Notes: a model not told the origin generated them from the letters alone. Positions 26,390-39,330 are shown, counted from the stretch's first letter. The stretch: DNA of 64,000 nt from Heptranchias perlo (GCF_035084215.1 NC_090349.1:10602001-10666000), one strand, 5' to 3'. Numbers and translations: made by a program.

Positions 26390-27010
26390 AGGACTTGAGC
26401 ACATATAGGCTGACACTTTAGTGCAGTACTGACGGAGTTGTTTGAGATACCATCCTTTGGATAAGCAATTAAACCGAGGCCCTATCTGCCCTCTCAGGTG
26501 GGAGGAAAAGATCCCATGGCATTACTGGAAGGACAGCAGAGGAGTTCCTCCCTATCTCTGTAACCTCTTACAACCCTCCGAGATCTCTGCGCTCTTCCAA
26601 TTCTGGCCTCTTGCGCGTCCCTGATTTTCTGTGCTCCACCATTGTCAGCCATGCGTTCAGCTGCCTAGGCCCTAAGCTCTGGAATTCCCTCCCTAAACCT
26701 CTCCGCCCCTCCACCTCTCTCTCCTCCTTTAAGACGCTCCTTAAAACCTGTCTCTTTGACCAAGCTTTTGGTCATCTGTCCTAATATCTCTTTATGCGGC
26801 TCGGTGTCAAAATTGGTTTGATAACGCTCCTGTGAAGCACTTTGGGATGTTTTACTACGTTAAAGGCGCTATATAAATGCAAGTTGTATATTTGTTATAT
26901 TTAATGTAAGATGTTTGACCTGTGACTGCACTTCAAAAGTACTTAATTGGCTGTGACAGGCTTTGGGATGTCTTAAGGATGTAAAAGGTGCTATATAAAT
27001 TCAAGTATTT
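26390..27010 (+). mobile_element. Deu-SINE interrupted by an L2 3' fragment (about 26550-26885)
   Basis: Deu core at 26420-26545. L2-type CTCTGGAATTCCCTCCCTAAACC...GCTATATAAATGCAAGTTG end. Confidence 0.75.
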
Positions 27011-28674
27011 CTTTTATTTGTCTCTCCCTTCAGTAAGCTCGTTCTCTGCAATCATAGAGATTGTTGAATGCTGACTATTTCCTGAGCCCTGCCTTGCTAT
27101 GCAACTGGCTTCTGTGCCTCCCAAAATAATAGTGCATGAAACTGCAACATGCAAGTAGTTGTTGATGGGAGTCTTGTATGGCCCGACCCACCATCACTGA
27201 AAGATTTGCTTGGAATGTGAAAGGTGTGTCATGCATGAATGTGAGTTGCTTAGTGACAGTGCTTGACAGGTCAAAGGATTACCTAAAGATAAGCAAGCCT
27301 CCCAAATGAGTATGCAGGTGATGGAGGTGAAAGTGTCTGTTGCTGTCATGCTATTCCAGAAGAGTCGAAAGAGAGAACTTCAGCACGCTCTTACCGTGGC
27401 AAACTTCTTCATGACAAGGAACATTTTTCACATCGTGGGCTGCCAACCTCATGACTGCATTGACCTGCTCTGCCGACTCGACCTAAGTAGCCCGGATACC
27501 TATCTTCTAAGGAGTGTGCTCTCTGAGCTAAACATGATAGTACTTCTTTGCCTCTGCAGGTTAGGGAGAAGAACTTGCACACTCCCCGCCTGAGTCTTTA
27601 CAGACTCCTCAGGTTTCCTGAAAGATCTGACCAAAAAAAGAGTTGGTAAATAGTGAATGTTTGACCACAGCAGGAAGTGCAGGTACCCCTTTACTGTTTT
27701 TCGCTATGGCCCCTTGTGGCTTTTATACTCCCAGCACACAGCCCAATCAGCATTGAGAGCGCTGCATAATTAATGAAATAAACGGAACTTGGGGCACACC
27801 AGGAGGTCCTCTCCTTGTACCTGTGGCACGAGATGCGCTGGAATACTTCTGTTGTGCCTCTAGCAGAAAATTTCCCCTTGTATCAATGCAAGTCTTCCTT
27901 TCACATTGAATACTTTAAGGTCTGGCATTTTCAACCTGTTACTGCCCGATTTTGGGCAGTAGCAGGACAGTTTGGAGAGGGAATAGCGACAGGGTCATTC
28001 TGCTGGCCCTTCCAACTTCCACCACCACTTCTGGAATTTTCCGCCAGAAGTGACAGTGGGCGTTGAATATGTCTGCCCCTATTTTAACGGATACGTTCAA
28101 ATGATGCACCATCCAATGTATTTCTCATCATTAGAATCTTAGCAATGTTAGGCGTCGGGAATGCCTGAATGTGGAGAAACTTATTGATAGGGGGGGGTGG
28201 TTGGGTCGAAATAGCAACAAATAATGGGCACCAGCCTGGAGATGTAGATTGGCCACCTGGCATCTGCAGGCTGGTACCGATCGCCCTCCTGGCATCCAGT
28301 GTTGCTAAGGTGGCTGGGGAGGGTGATTAAAAGATAACGAGCACATTTGCCTAGTGAAATCAATTTCAGAATGATTGATTGCACGGGGCAAGGTGCGATT
28401 TAAAAAAATGTATATATTTTTTCAGAATGGGCGAGGTCTACCTCTGGCCATGCTGCATGACAACAGGTGCTGCAGCCATTACCCTGCATTTCTCTCCCTC
28501 CCTACCCCCCCCCCCCCCTCCACCCCCGGAGCCTGCCCAAAATATTTAAATGAGCCTGACCACAGAAGATCTGGTGGGGTCACCGCTCACAGAGACTGGC
28601 AGGTGCAGAGCCTACCCTGTCTCCAATCCAGCGGGATTCGCCTGTAAAGTAGCAAGCAACGAGTAAATCTAAAA

Positions 28675-29235
28675 TAACAACATAAAATGTTGGGAGCATG
28701 CAGCAGGTCAGGCAGCATCTGTGGAGGGGGTGGGTGGAAGGAAGGGTTAACGTTTCAGGTCGATGACCTTTTGTCAGATGTTAGAGATGAATGGCTTATA
28801 AAGAGGAACAGAGCCAGGGAAAAGGGGGCAGGAGATGATTAAATGACAGAAATGATGATGATGCAAAGCAAAAACGAGGTGATAATTAGAGAATTTAGGG
28901 GGGAAAAGAAAGATGTGTCCAGAGGATGTGGGAATGGTTACAATAGAATAGCAGAGGGGGAAGGAAGCATGGAAAATCTGGCAAAGCTGAGACGGCTCCC
29001 ATGGCCTAGGAATGTGGCAGAAGAAAGGCAGGTCAATACCAGAGGTGCAGACCATCCACTGGCCATGTACTGACAGGGGATCCCCACCCCAACCACCAGC
29101 CTACAACCTCCCTCATTCCCAATTGTTCTGGTACCACCTGCTGTGGGAGAGATGGTTAAGGCCTGAAGTTGTTATGGTCAATGTCAAAGCCAAAAGGCTG
29201 TAAAGTGCCTGGTAGAGAGATGAGATGGTGGTCCT
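28675..29235 (-). mobile_element. Penelope-like element 3' remnant with degenerate hammerhead
   Basis: Minus-strand KLEDHHLISLPGTLQPFG. Homologous to 36540-37150. Motif CTGACAA-AAGGTCATCGACCT-GAAACGTT. Confidence 0.75.
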
Positions 29236-29978
29236 CGAGCTTCCTCAAATTTAAAGTAGCGTCCACTGGTGCACAGAGGCATCGCTACGACGGGTGGGAG
29301 CCTAGCTTGTGCATTGTGCTGCATGTAACGCACTCCCTGCTTACTGCTGAACTTTGTACGTAGCTGCCAATTCATGTGGCCCAGTCAGTCAGGAAAAGAA
29401 TGCTTAAATATGGCAGCTCCGACTCAGTATGGAAAACCACAGCCAGCATGTTTCACAAGAACTCCGACATCATAGATTGTTATCGAACCACATATTTTCC
29501 ACCTTCAAGTACTGTATATAGGTTCTGTTGACAAAACTGTTCTATTTGTAGTTCTTTCCCACGATCGACAGCCCAAGATTCTTTGCGGCCTGCTTCCATT
29601 TTTAGACAAAACTACTGAAAATAGCTTGCGTCTGAGGACAGTGACAGACGGCTGCACTGGGCTGGGAGTTGTCTGCAGGAGTGGGAACTGGGCTTCTCTG
29701 GGACTTACACAAGTTGAAAGTTTAATCTGTTTACTTTGGACTGAGTTATTTGTGTTCATTTTTTTTAAGTTACTCTTTGCTGACCAGGGTGAAGGAAAGA
29801 AAAAAACAAGAAACTTTTAGCACGAGAGAATCCTGTAAGGAAGATGGACATTAATGGCACTTATTTTCATTTTTATCAGTCACGTGTGTGTTTTTGCATT
29901 AAGATCATTCTGGAGATGCAATTAAGACCTCTTTACCTACTGGTAAAGAGTGTGACAATTCATCCCTGGAGCTCTGAT

Positions 29979-30045
29979 ATGTCGGTGGTGGGAGCATGAG
30001 AGCACAGAAGAGCCTCTTAGATGTACATCGGAACTGCGATTTAAG
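29979..30045 (+). repeat. Left arm of a 67-bp inverted repeat
   Basis: Reverse complement of 31661-31727 with 1 mismatch. Confidence 0.95.
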
Positions 30046-30309
30046 TTTCCATCCAGCGCAAGTGCTCACACGTGGTCACCTGGAAATTTCACGGGGGTTT
30101 TGCAGGCGAGAGACCAGCAAACCCTCCCCCCCCCCCGAGAAATGAGGTAAACAGCTGAAGGTGACCACTATGTCGTTCGTCCAGAGTTCCCGCCGCCCTC
30201 CTGCCAAAGTTGCGGTGGGAGACCCGAACGGCCAGGCGAAATTCCATTGGGGGGTTCTCCCGATCTACTGCAACTTCAGCTGGAGATGGGAGGAACCCCC
30301 AGAAAAACA

Positions 30310-30665
30310 GCACAAATAGAATTGAAAAGCAGAGAATTTATGTTAAACTTGTATAGAACTTTGGTTAGACCACATGGACTACTGTGCACAGTTCTGGTCT
30401 CCATACTATAAAAAGGATATTGAGGCCCTGGAGAAGGTGGAAAAAAGATTTACAAGGATGATGCCAGAACTGAGAGGTTATACCTATAAGGAAAGACTGA
30501 ACAGGCTGGGACTCTTTTCTCTAGAAAAGAGAAGGCTGAGGGGTGACCTAATAGAGGTCTTTAAAATTCTGAAGGGGTTTGATAGGGTAGATGTAGAGAA
30601 GCTGTCTCCACATGTGGGGGAGTGCAAAAATAGGGGTCATAAATATAAGATAGTCACTAATAAAT
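30310..30665 (+). mobile_element. CR1 ORF2 fragment
   Basis: DYCAQFWSPYYKKDIEALEKVEKRFTRMMPELRG. Confidence 0.88.
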
Positions 30666-31027
30666 CTCTGACCATGCAGCACTCCCTCAGTACTGTACAG
30701 GAGTGCAGAGATATTAGTGAAGTACTAGTGGTGGCATTGGATTTCTGATCATCTGCATTGACAATGCTACACACAGTGAATACATTGACATATGGCCAAT
30801 ATTTTTGGTAATTAATATGCCCCTTACTTTACAGCACCACTTCCAATAGTAACCCAGCTCCAGCAGCAGTGGTGTAAAGTCAATGAGGTGACACTGCTGC
30901 CTCCGGTGGAGTGGTGAACAAACCTCAAAAGGTGATTTTCCCAGGACCCTCCCGAGACATGAATGCTGGCAGCAACATAGGCCACATTTTCTGGCCCAGC
31001 TGTACAAGCCAGCAATGCAGTTTCCCT

Positions 31028-31560
31028 AATAGAATCATACAACACAGAAAGAGACCATTCAGCCGATCGTGCCTGTGCCGGCCCTTTGAAAGAACTATCC
31101 AATTAGCCCCACATCCCTGCTCTTTCCTCATAGCCCTTTAAATTTTTCCCTTTCAAACATTTATCTAATTCCCTTTTGAAAGTTACAATTGAATCTGCTT
31201 CCACCACTCGTTCAGTGCATTCCAGCTCGTAACTTGCTGCGGAAAAAAAATTCTCCTCCACTCCTCCCTCTTGGGAGCACAAATTGGATAATTTTGTCAA
31301 TTATCTTAAATCTGTGTCCTCTGGTTAACGAGCTTCCTGCCAGTGAAAAAAGTTTCTCCTTATTTACTCTATAAAAATCTTTCATAATTTTGAACAACTC
31401 TATTAAATCTCCCCTTAACCTTCTCTACTCTAAGGAGAACAATCCCAACTTCTCTAGTATCCACATAACTGAAGTACCTCATCCCTGGTACTATTCTAGT
31501 AAATCTCCTCTGCACTCTCTCCAAGGCCTTGACATCATTCCTAAAGTGTGGTGCCCAGAA
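31028..31560 (-). mobile_element. CR1 3' fragment
   Basis: FKIMKDFYRVNKEKLF...TRGHRFK and a TAGAATCATA tail. Confidence 0.85.
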
Positions 31561-31660
31561 TTTTCAGTTTTCAAACGGAAGATTGCACATGCACAGTTGC
31601 TGGTTGCCATTGATGCTGTGAAGGGTAAATTTCAGACTTTGCCTTCCTTGTCTGTCACCC

Positions 31661-31763
31661 CTTAAATCGCAGTTCCGATGTACATCGAAGAGGCTCTTCT
31701 GTGCTCTCATGCTCCCACCACCGACATTGGATTTTCATGCTCCCACCACTGACATTGGATTTT
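31661..31763 (-). repeat. Right arm of the 67-bp inverted repeat plus an overlapping 28-bp tandem duplication
   Basis: Arm at 31661-31727. CATGCTCCCACCAC(C/T)GACATTGGATTTT occurs twice, at 31708 and 31736. Confidence 0.93.
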
Positions 31764-31804
31764 CGGGCGTGCGTGACTTTCCAATTTTTAACAGCTGGCA
31801 GATA

Positions 31805-32350
31805 AACAACAAAAACTTGCATTTATATAGCACCTTTAACGTAGTAAAACATCCCAAGGCGCTTCACAGGAGCGCAATCAGACAAAAATTGAAATGAGCC
31901 AAAGAAGGATACATTAGGATAGGTGACCAAATGCTTAGTCAGAGGTAGGTTTGAAATTGCAACTTAAAGGAGGTAGAGAGGCTTAGGGAGGAAATTCCAG
32001 GGCTTAGATGGCTGAAAGCACGGCCGCCAATGGGGGAGCAAAGAAGTGGGGAAGTACAAGAGGCCAGAATTGGAGTAACGCTGAGTTCTCGGAGGGTTGT
32101 AGGGCTGGAGGAGGTTACAGAGGTAGGGAGGGGTGAGGGCATGTAGCGATTTTAAACATAAGGAAAAAAATTGAACATTGAGGCGTTGGTGGACTGGGAG
32201 CCAATGTAGGTCAACGAGCACTGGGGTGATGGGTGAACGGGACTTCGTGCGAGTTAGGATACGGGCAGCAGAGTTTTGGATGAGCTCAAATTTATAGAGG
32301 GTGGAAGATGGGAGGCCGGCCAGAAGAGCACTGGAATAGTAGAGACTGTA
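31805..32350 (-). mobile_element. L2 LINE 3' fragment
   Basis: LVDLHWLPVHQRL...LHALTPPYLCNLLQPY is a typical L2 C-terminus. Other copies at about 42930-43210 and 57710-57920. Confidence 0.85.
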
Positions 32351-32869
32351 GGTAATACAAGGAGATTTTTATCCCCTGGGCCTAGGCTGGATTTAAAGCC
32401 GGACGCCAGAGACAAAAAGACTAACTGACTACACCCCCTCGGTCCCCATTCACCGTCTTAAAATACTTTATGTGATGCTTTGTTTGTAAACTAGAATTTC
32501 TTGTTTGAAATCAAGAAATTCCTTACAATCCAGAGACTTGAAATGACAAAGCACTATCTTAGGGGGAAAAAAAGACCATTTATAAAATGGGAAAAATAGT
32601 CAAAGCGACCACATCAAAGGCAGACTTGTTTCTCAGAGAGGGGAAACTAATCCAAATGCCTTTAGGAACTGTTTGAAACATTTTCGGAACGACCCCATCA
32701 TAATATCACTGCACAAATGCTTCTGCTGGTTCTGCTGACAAAGGGATATGAGTTCAGACCAAACCAGTTCCATTGATACTTGAATCATCCAAAATGCAAC
32801 CAAACGTCCCTAAAATAGATCTTCTTCCTAAGATCCACAAACAGGATGTCCCAGCAGACCCACCATTTC

Positions 32870-35800
32870 TTTTTATTCTTTTTTTATTCGTTCATGGGAT
32901 GTGGGCGTCACTGGCAAGGCCAGCATTTATTGCCCATCCCTAATTGCCCTTGAGAAGGTGGTGGTGAGCCGCCTTCTTGAACCGCTGCAGTCCGGGTAGT
33001 GAAGGTTCTCCCACAGTGCTGTTAGGAAGGGAGTTCCAGGATTTTGACCCAGCGACGATGAAGGAACGGCGATATATTTCCAAGTCGGGATGGTGTGTGA
33101 CTTGGAGGGGAACGTGCAGGTGGTGGTGTTCCCATGTGCCCGCTGCTCTTGTCCTTCTAGGTGGCGGGTTTGGGAGGTGCTGTCGAAGAAGCCTTGGCGA
33201 GTTGCTGCAGTGCATCCTGTGGATGGTACACACTGCAGCCACTGTGCGCCGATGGTGAAGGGAGTGAATGGTTAGGGTTGTGGATGGGGTGCCAATCAAG
33301 CGAGCTGCTTTGTCCTGGATGGTGTCGAGCTTCTTGAGTGTTGTTGGAGCTGCACTCATCCAAGCAAGTGGAGAGTATTCCATCACACTCCTGACTTGTG
33401 CCTTGTAGATGGTGAAGAGGCTTTGGGGAGTCAGGAGGTGAGTCACTCGCCGCAGAATACCCAGCCTCTGACCTGCTCTTGTAGCCACAGTATTTATATG
33501 GCTGGTCCAGTTAAGTTTCTGGTCAATGGTGACCCCCAGGATGTTGATGGCGGGGGATTCGGCGATGGTAATGCCGTTGAATGTCAAGGGGAGGCGGTTA
33601 GACTCTCCCTCGCTGGAGATGGTCATTGTCTGACGCAAATGTTACTTGCCACTTATGAGCCCAAGCCTGGATGTTGTCCAGGTCTTGCTGCAAGCGGGCT
33701 CGGACTGCTTCATTATCTGAGGGGTTGCGAATGGAACTGAACACTGTGCAATCATCAGCGATCATCCCCATTTCTGACCTTATGGTGGAGGGAGGGTCAT
33801 TGATGAAGCAGCTGAAGATGGTTGGGCCTAGGACACTGCCCTGAGGAACTCCTGCAGCAATGCCCTGGGGCTGAGATGATTGGCCTCCAACAACCACTAC
33901 CATCTTCCTTCGTACTAGGTATGACTCCAGCCACTGGAGAGTATTCCCCCTGATTCCCATTGACTTCAATTTTACTAGGCCTCCTTGGTGCAACACTCGG
34001 TCAAGTACTGCCTTGATGTCGAGGGTAGTCACTCTTATCTCACCTCTGGAATTCAGCTCTTTTGTCCGTGTTTGGACCAAGGTTGTAATGAGGTCTGGAG
34101 CTGAGTGGTCCTGGCGGAACCCAAACTGAGCATTGGTGAGCAGGTTATTGGTGAGTAAGTGCCGCTTGAAAGCACTGTGGATGACACCTTCCATCACTTT
34201 GCTGATGATTGAGAGTAGGCTGATGGCCAGTAATTGGCCGGATTGGATTTGTCCTGCTTTTTGTGGACAGGACATACCTGAGCAAATTTCCATGTGGTCA
34301 GGTAGATGCCAGTGTTATAGCTGTACTGGAACAGCTTGGCTAGAGGTGCGGCTAGTTCTGGAGCACAAGTCTTCAGCACTACAGCCTGGATGTTTTTGGG
34401 GCCCATAGCCTTTGTTTTATCCAGTGCACTCAGCCGTTTCTTCATATCACGTGGAGTGAATCGAATTGGCTGAAGACTGGCTTCTGTGATGGTGGGGATA
34501 TCGGGAGGAGGCCGAGATGGATCATCCACTCGGCACTTCTGGCTGAAGATGGTTGCAAACGCTTCAGCCTTGTCTTTTGCATTCACATGCTGGATTCTGC
34601 CATCTTTGAGAATGGGGATGTTCACAGAGCCTCCTCCTCTCAGTAGTTGTTTAATTGTCCACCACCATTCACGACTGGATGTGGCAGGACTGCAGAGCTT
34701 TGATCTGATCCGTTGGTTGTGGAATCGCTTCGCTCTGTCCATGGCATGTTGCTTCCGCTGTTTAGCATGCATGTAGTCCTGTGTTGTAGCTTCACCAGGT
34801 TGGCACCTCATTTTTAGGTACGCCTGGTGCTGCTCCTGGCATGCTCTTCTACACTCCTCATCGAACCAGGGTTGATCCCCTGGCTGGTTGGTAATGGTAG
34901 AGTGAGGAATATGCCGGGCCATGAAGTTACAGATTGTGCTGGAATACAATTCTGCTGCTGCTGATGGCCCACAGCGCCTCATGGATGCTCAGTCTTGAGC
35001 TGCTCGATCTGTTCTAAATCTATCCCATTTTGCACGGTGGTGTGCCACACAACACGTTGGATGGTGTGAAGAGGGGACTTTGTCTCAACAAGGACTGTGC
35101 GGTGGTCACTCTACCAATACTGTCATGGCCAGATGCATCTGCGACAGGTAGATTGGTGAGGACAAGGTCAAGTGGTTTTTCCCTTGTGCTGGTTCGCTTA
35201 CCACCTGTCTGGCAGCTATGTCCTTCAGGACTCAACCAACTCGGTCAGTAGTGGTGCTACCGAGCCACTCTTGGTGATGGACCTGGAGTACATTCTGTGC
35301 CCTTGCGGCCCTCAGTGCTTCCTCCTAAGTGGTGCTCGACATGGAGGAGGACTGATTCATCAGCTGAGGGAGGGCAGTAGGTGGTAATCAGCAGAAGGTT
35401 TCCTGGCCCATGTTTGACCTGATACCCTGAGATTTCATGGGGTCCGGAGTCAATGTTGAGGACTCCCAGGGCCACTCCGTCCTGACTGTACATCACTGTA
35501 CCACCACCTCTGGTCGGACAGGACATACCCAGGGATGGTGATAGAGGAGTCTGTTGACTGAAAGGTATGATTCTGTGAGTATGGCTATGTCAGGCTGATG
35601 CTTGACTAGTTCTTAGGACAGCTCTCTCAATTTTGGCACAAATCCCAAAATGTTAGTGAGGAGGAGTTTGCAGGGTTGACTGGGCTTGGCTTGCCGTTGT
35701 TGTGTCAGATGCCTAGTGGTCCGCTGCCAGTTGGTCTGTCTGGTTTTATTTTTATTATGACTTTCTGTAGCAAGATTGTACATCTGAGTGGCTTGCTAGG

Positions 35801-36100
35801 CCATTTCAGAGGGTGATTAAGAATCAACCACATTGCTGTGGGTCTGGAGTCACATATAGGTCAGACCAAGGAAGGATGGCAGGTAAAGGGCATTAGTGAA
35901 CCAGATAGGTTTTTACAACAATCTGGTAGTTTCATGGCCACCATTACTGATACTAGTTTTTTTATTACAGATTTTATTTAATTAATTGAATTAAAATTCC
36001 CCAGCTGCCATGGTGGGATTTGAACTGATGACTCTGGATTATTAGTCCAGGCCTACTAGGATTACTAGTCCAGTAACATAACCACTATGCTAGCGTACCC
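32870..36100 (-). mobile_element. CR1/L2-group LINE (Crack/Zenon-like) with a full ORF2 remnant and a tRNA-like 5' head
   Basis: APE PDIAILTESYL, TTYCPP and LDLVLTN. RT GVPQGSVLGPTIF..FIND, ADDC, LGVTID and a KAAHHHLLKGN end. A box TAGCATAGTGG and B box GTTCAAATCC at about 36015-36092. Confidence 0.9.
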
Positions 36101-36104
36101 GTAC

Positions 36105-37160
36105 TGTATGCCACCTCCAGCGCAATGGCACTACCAATCACATCTTCCCCTCTTTCAGCACCCGTTCCCTCCGTGATCCCCTGGTCCACTCTTCCATCAC
36201 CCACAACACCAGCTCCCCTTCCCCCAAAACCTTCCCATGCAAGCGCAGGAGATGCAACACCTCCCCCTTCACCTCCTCCCTTCCCACAGTCCAGGGCCCC
36301 GAACAGTCCTTCTGGGCGAAACAATTCTACTAATTTAGTATACTATATTCACTGCTCACGATGCGTCTCCTCCACACTGGGGAGACCAAATGCAGATTCG
36401 GTGATTGCTTTGCTGAACACCTCCATTCAGTCGGCAAGCGTGACCCTGACCTTCCAGTCACTTGCCACTTTAATTCTTCATCCCACTCTGACCTCTCTGT
36501 CCTTGGCATCCTACACTGTTCCAGTGAAGCTCAATGCAAGCTTCTACCAGGCACTTTACAGCCTTCCGGCCTTAACATAGAGTTTAACAACTTTAGACCT
36601 TAACCTCTGCGCCCATTTTTTCTCGGACGACAGGTGCTAGTAATGGTGGACGGCTGCACTGGGAATGGAGGAGGTGTGGGCTGGTGTTGGGGTGGGGCTC
36701 CCCTATTGGTACACAGCCAACGTGATGGTCCACAGCCCTGGAGTCTACCTGGCTTTCTTCCATCACATCCCAGAGCCACAGGAGCCTCCTTCTCTTTGCC
36801 GGATTTACCCATGCTTCCCTCCTCCTCTGCTATTTTGCTGTAACCATTTACACCTCATCTAGACCCATCTTTTGTTTCTCCACTTGTCTCATTATCACCT
36901 CCTTTTGCCTTGCATCGTCATCACTTCTGTTATTTAATCTCTCCTGTCCTCCACCCTATTACAGACCTCTCCCTGCTGTTCTTTTCTCTGGCTCTGTACT
37001 TGCTTAAAAGCTGATCATCTGTAACCTCTTCCAGTTCTAATGAAAGGTCATCGACCGGAAACGTTGACTCTGTTTCTCTCTCCACCGATGCCTGGTGTCT
37101 CCATCATTTTCAGTTTTTATTTCAAATTTCCAGCATCCTGCAGCATTTTGCTTTTGTCCC
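36105..37160 (+). mobile_element. Penelope-like element, GIY-YIG endonuclease remnant and 3' repeat
   Basis: NLVYYIHCSRC, GETKCRFGDCFAEH, PVTCHFN and TLQPSGLNIEF. Degenerate hammerhead CTAATGA-AAGGTCATCGACCG-GAAACGTT at 37037. Confidence 0.85.
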
Positions 37161-37249
37161 TGAAGTATCACCGATGCTGCTTAAATGCTTGGTTGGGGAG
37201 AGGGGAAACCATAGACCACCAGGAAGGTGGATGCTTGGTAGGGATAGAA

Positions 37250-37500
37250 TTATAGAATCATAGAATGATACAGCACAGAAGGAGGCCATTCGGCCCAACG
37301 TGCCTGTGCCGGCTCCTTGAAACAACTACCCAATTCATCCCATTTCTCTGCTCTTTCCCCATAGCCCTACAAACGTTTCCTCTTCAAGTATTTATCCAAT
37401 TCCCTTTTGAAAGTTATTATTGAATCTGTTTCCACCCCCCTTTCAGGCAATGCATTCCAGATCATAACAACTCGCTGCGTTAAAAAAATCTCCTCATCAT
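37250..37500 (-). mobile_element. CR1 3' tail
   Basis: (ATAGAATC)n tail and 3' UTR similar to 44-260. Confidence 0.85.
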
Positions 37501-38929
37501 GCCATGTTCATAGATAACCATCACCTCTCTTGGTATGTTTATACCAGGTCTCCAGTTTGGCTGCAAAGAGATTTCCATTTTAATTTACGGCAGTGCTAAT
37601 ATCGCAGTACAATCCAGAGTTCAGGCCCGATCTCACTCTGACGCTTTTGGTATCCTGTTTTCATTTTGAAAGTTTCTGGATGTACCAGGCAAAAGCCCAA
37701 CTGTCCACTCCAAAGCTGGTAGATTGGAAACCCTACACTGACTGAAAAGGAAATTGACACCTTACTTGGATACACCACTGAACTAACCCCTATCTTCACA
37801 GCTTAAGAGGAAACCAAACCCTCGTACTGTCAGGAAAATGAATGCCACTCGAGATTCACCGCCACTGAGAGGAAAGTCTTGAATGGATTGCTGCCACCCC
37901 TTCTATTGTAATAAGTGGCTGGCTTGCTGAAAGCAACGAGTTAAAATTCTACGAGACGTTTGTTGTTGACAGTCTACTGGGAAGGAAAATATTTGGTGCC
38001 AGATGGATTTCTTTTTTTAGCGTTTTTTTGGTTTAGTGTTGCTGACTGGGAATGATTAAACCTTGACAAGATGTTATATTGTCATTCCTTACAGACGACT
38101 ACATTCCTAAGGGACAGCTTAAGCTCCTGACAAGGCTAATCTGGAAGCTGGGTGAAAGGTCTTATTGTCTCCATACGTTGTTGGAAGTGAAACAATTGTA
38201 GATTTTTCCATAATTTTCAAAAATGTTGTACAATCGGATTTTGTGTGTTTTAGTGTTTGGAAATGGACTGCAACACAAAGGTGATAGACGATCGATGCAC
38301 ATTAGAGCTAGGGGCGCCCTCCTCCCAAGTGGGGTTATTGTGTGTTTGGTAGGGTAGCTTGTGTATCATGGCAATGTTACTGGTAATTTTTGAATGATTT
38401 CTAGTGTAACCATTTGCTCCATTAATTCCACCAATGGAGCACTCCTGGGGGTATTTCTGACTTTGAGCGATAGTGTAAAACGGGCAATATTGGTTCAGTC
38501 GCCCGTTACACACCTCTCCCGATCTTCTTTTCCATTGACTTCAATAGAAATGAAAATCGGGGGAGATGTATAACAGGTGACTGATCCAATATCGCCCTTT
38601 TCACCCTGTCACCCAAAGTTAAAATTAATCCCTTTGTGTCTGCTATATGAAGGACAACAGATTGATTACTAGATTATCTGGTCATTATCACATTGCTATT
38701 TGTGGGACCTTGCTGTACGCAAATTGGTTGCTGCATTTCCTACACTACAACAGTGACTATACTTCCTAAGTACTTCATTGGCTATAAAGCACTTTGGGAC
38801 ATCCTGATGTCATGAAAGGCAAGTCTGTCTAGCCTGAAATAGACTTGGGGGTGAAATTCTTCTGGATGTTATAGCTAACATGCATGCTATGCATGCATTA
38901 ATGTATAGTAATTTGGTGCATTAGAATTA

Positions 38930-39330
38930 GTGTCAGTTTAGCTCAGTAGTAGCACTCTTGCCTCTGAGTCAGAAGGTTGTGGGTTCCAACATCACACCAG
39001 GGCCTGAGTATATCATCTAGGCTGAAATACTAAGGGAGTGCTGCAATGTCAGAGGTGCTGCCTGTTGGATGAGATGGTAAACCAAGACCTCGGTTAGATG
39101 TAAAAGATCCTGTGGCACTATTCAAAGAACAGTGGAGTTCTCCCAGCATCCTTTATCCTTCAATCAACACTATCAAAAATAATGGTCATTTATCTCATTT
39201 GCTCTTTGCTGTGCACAAATTGCCTGCCATGTTTGCCTGCAAAGCAACAGTAACTATGCTTCAAAACTGAATCATTGACTTTGAGGTGCTAAGGATGTAA
39301 AAGACACCATATAGGTGTGACTTCTTTCTT
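38930..39330 (+). mobile_element. Deu-domain SINE, decayed (partial copy also at 38670-38825)
   Basis: GCTCAGTAGTAGCACTCTTGCCTCTGAGTCAGAAGG head plus Deu core. Confidence 0.78.

Noticed and set aside
36010-36095. tRNA gene
   Set aside because: A and B boxes are present but there is no cloverleaf. It is a retroelement head.
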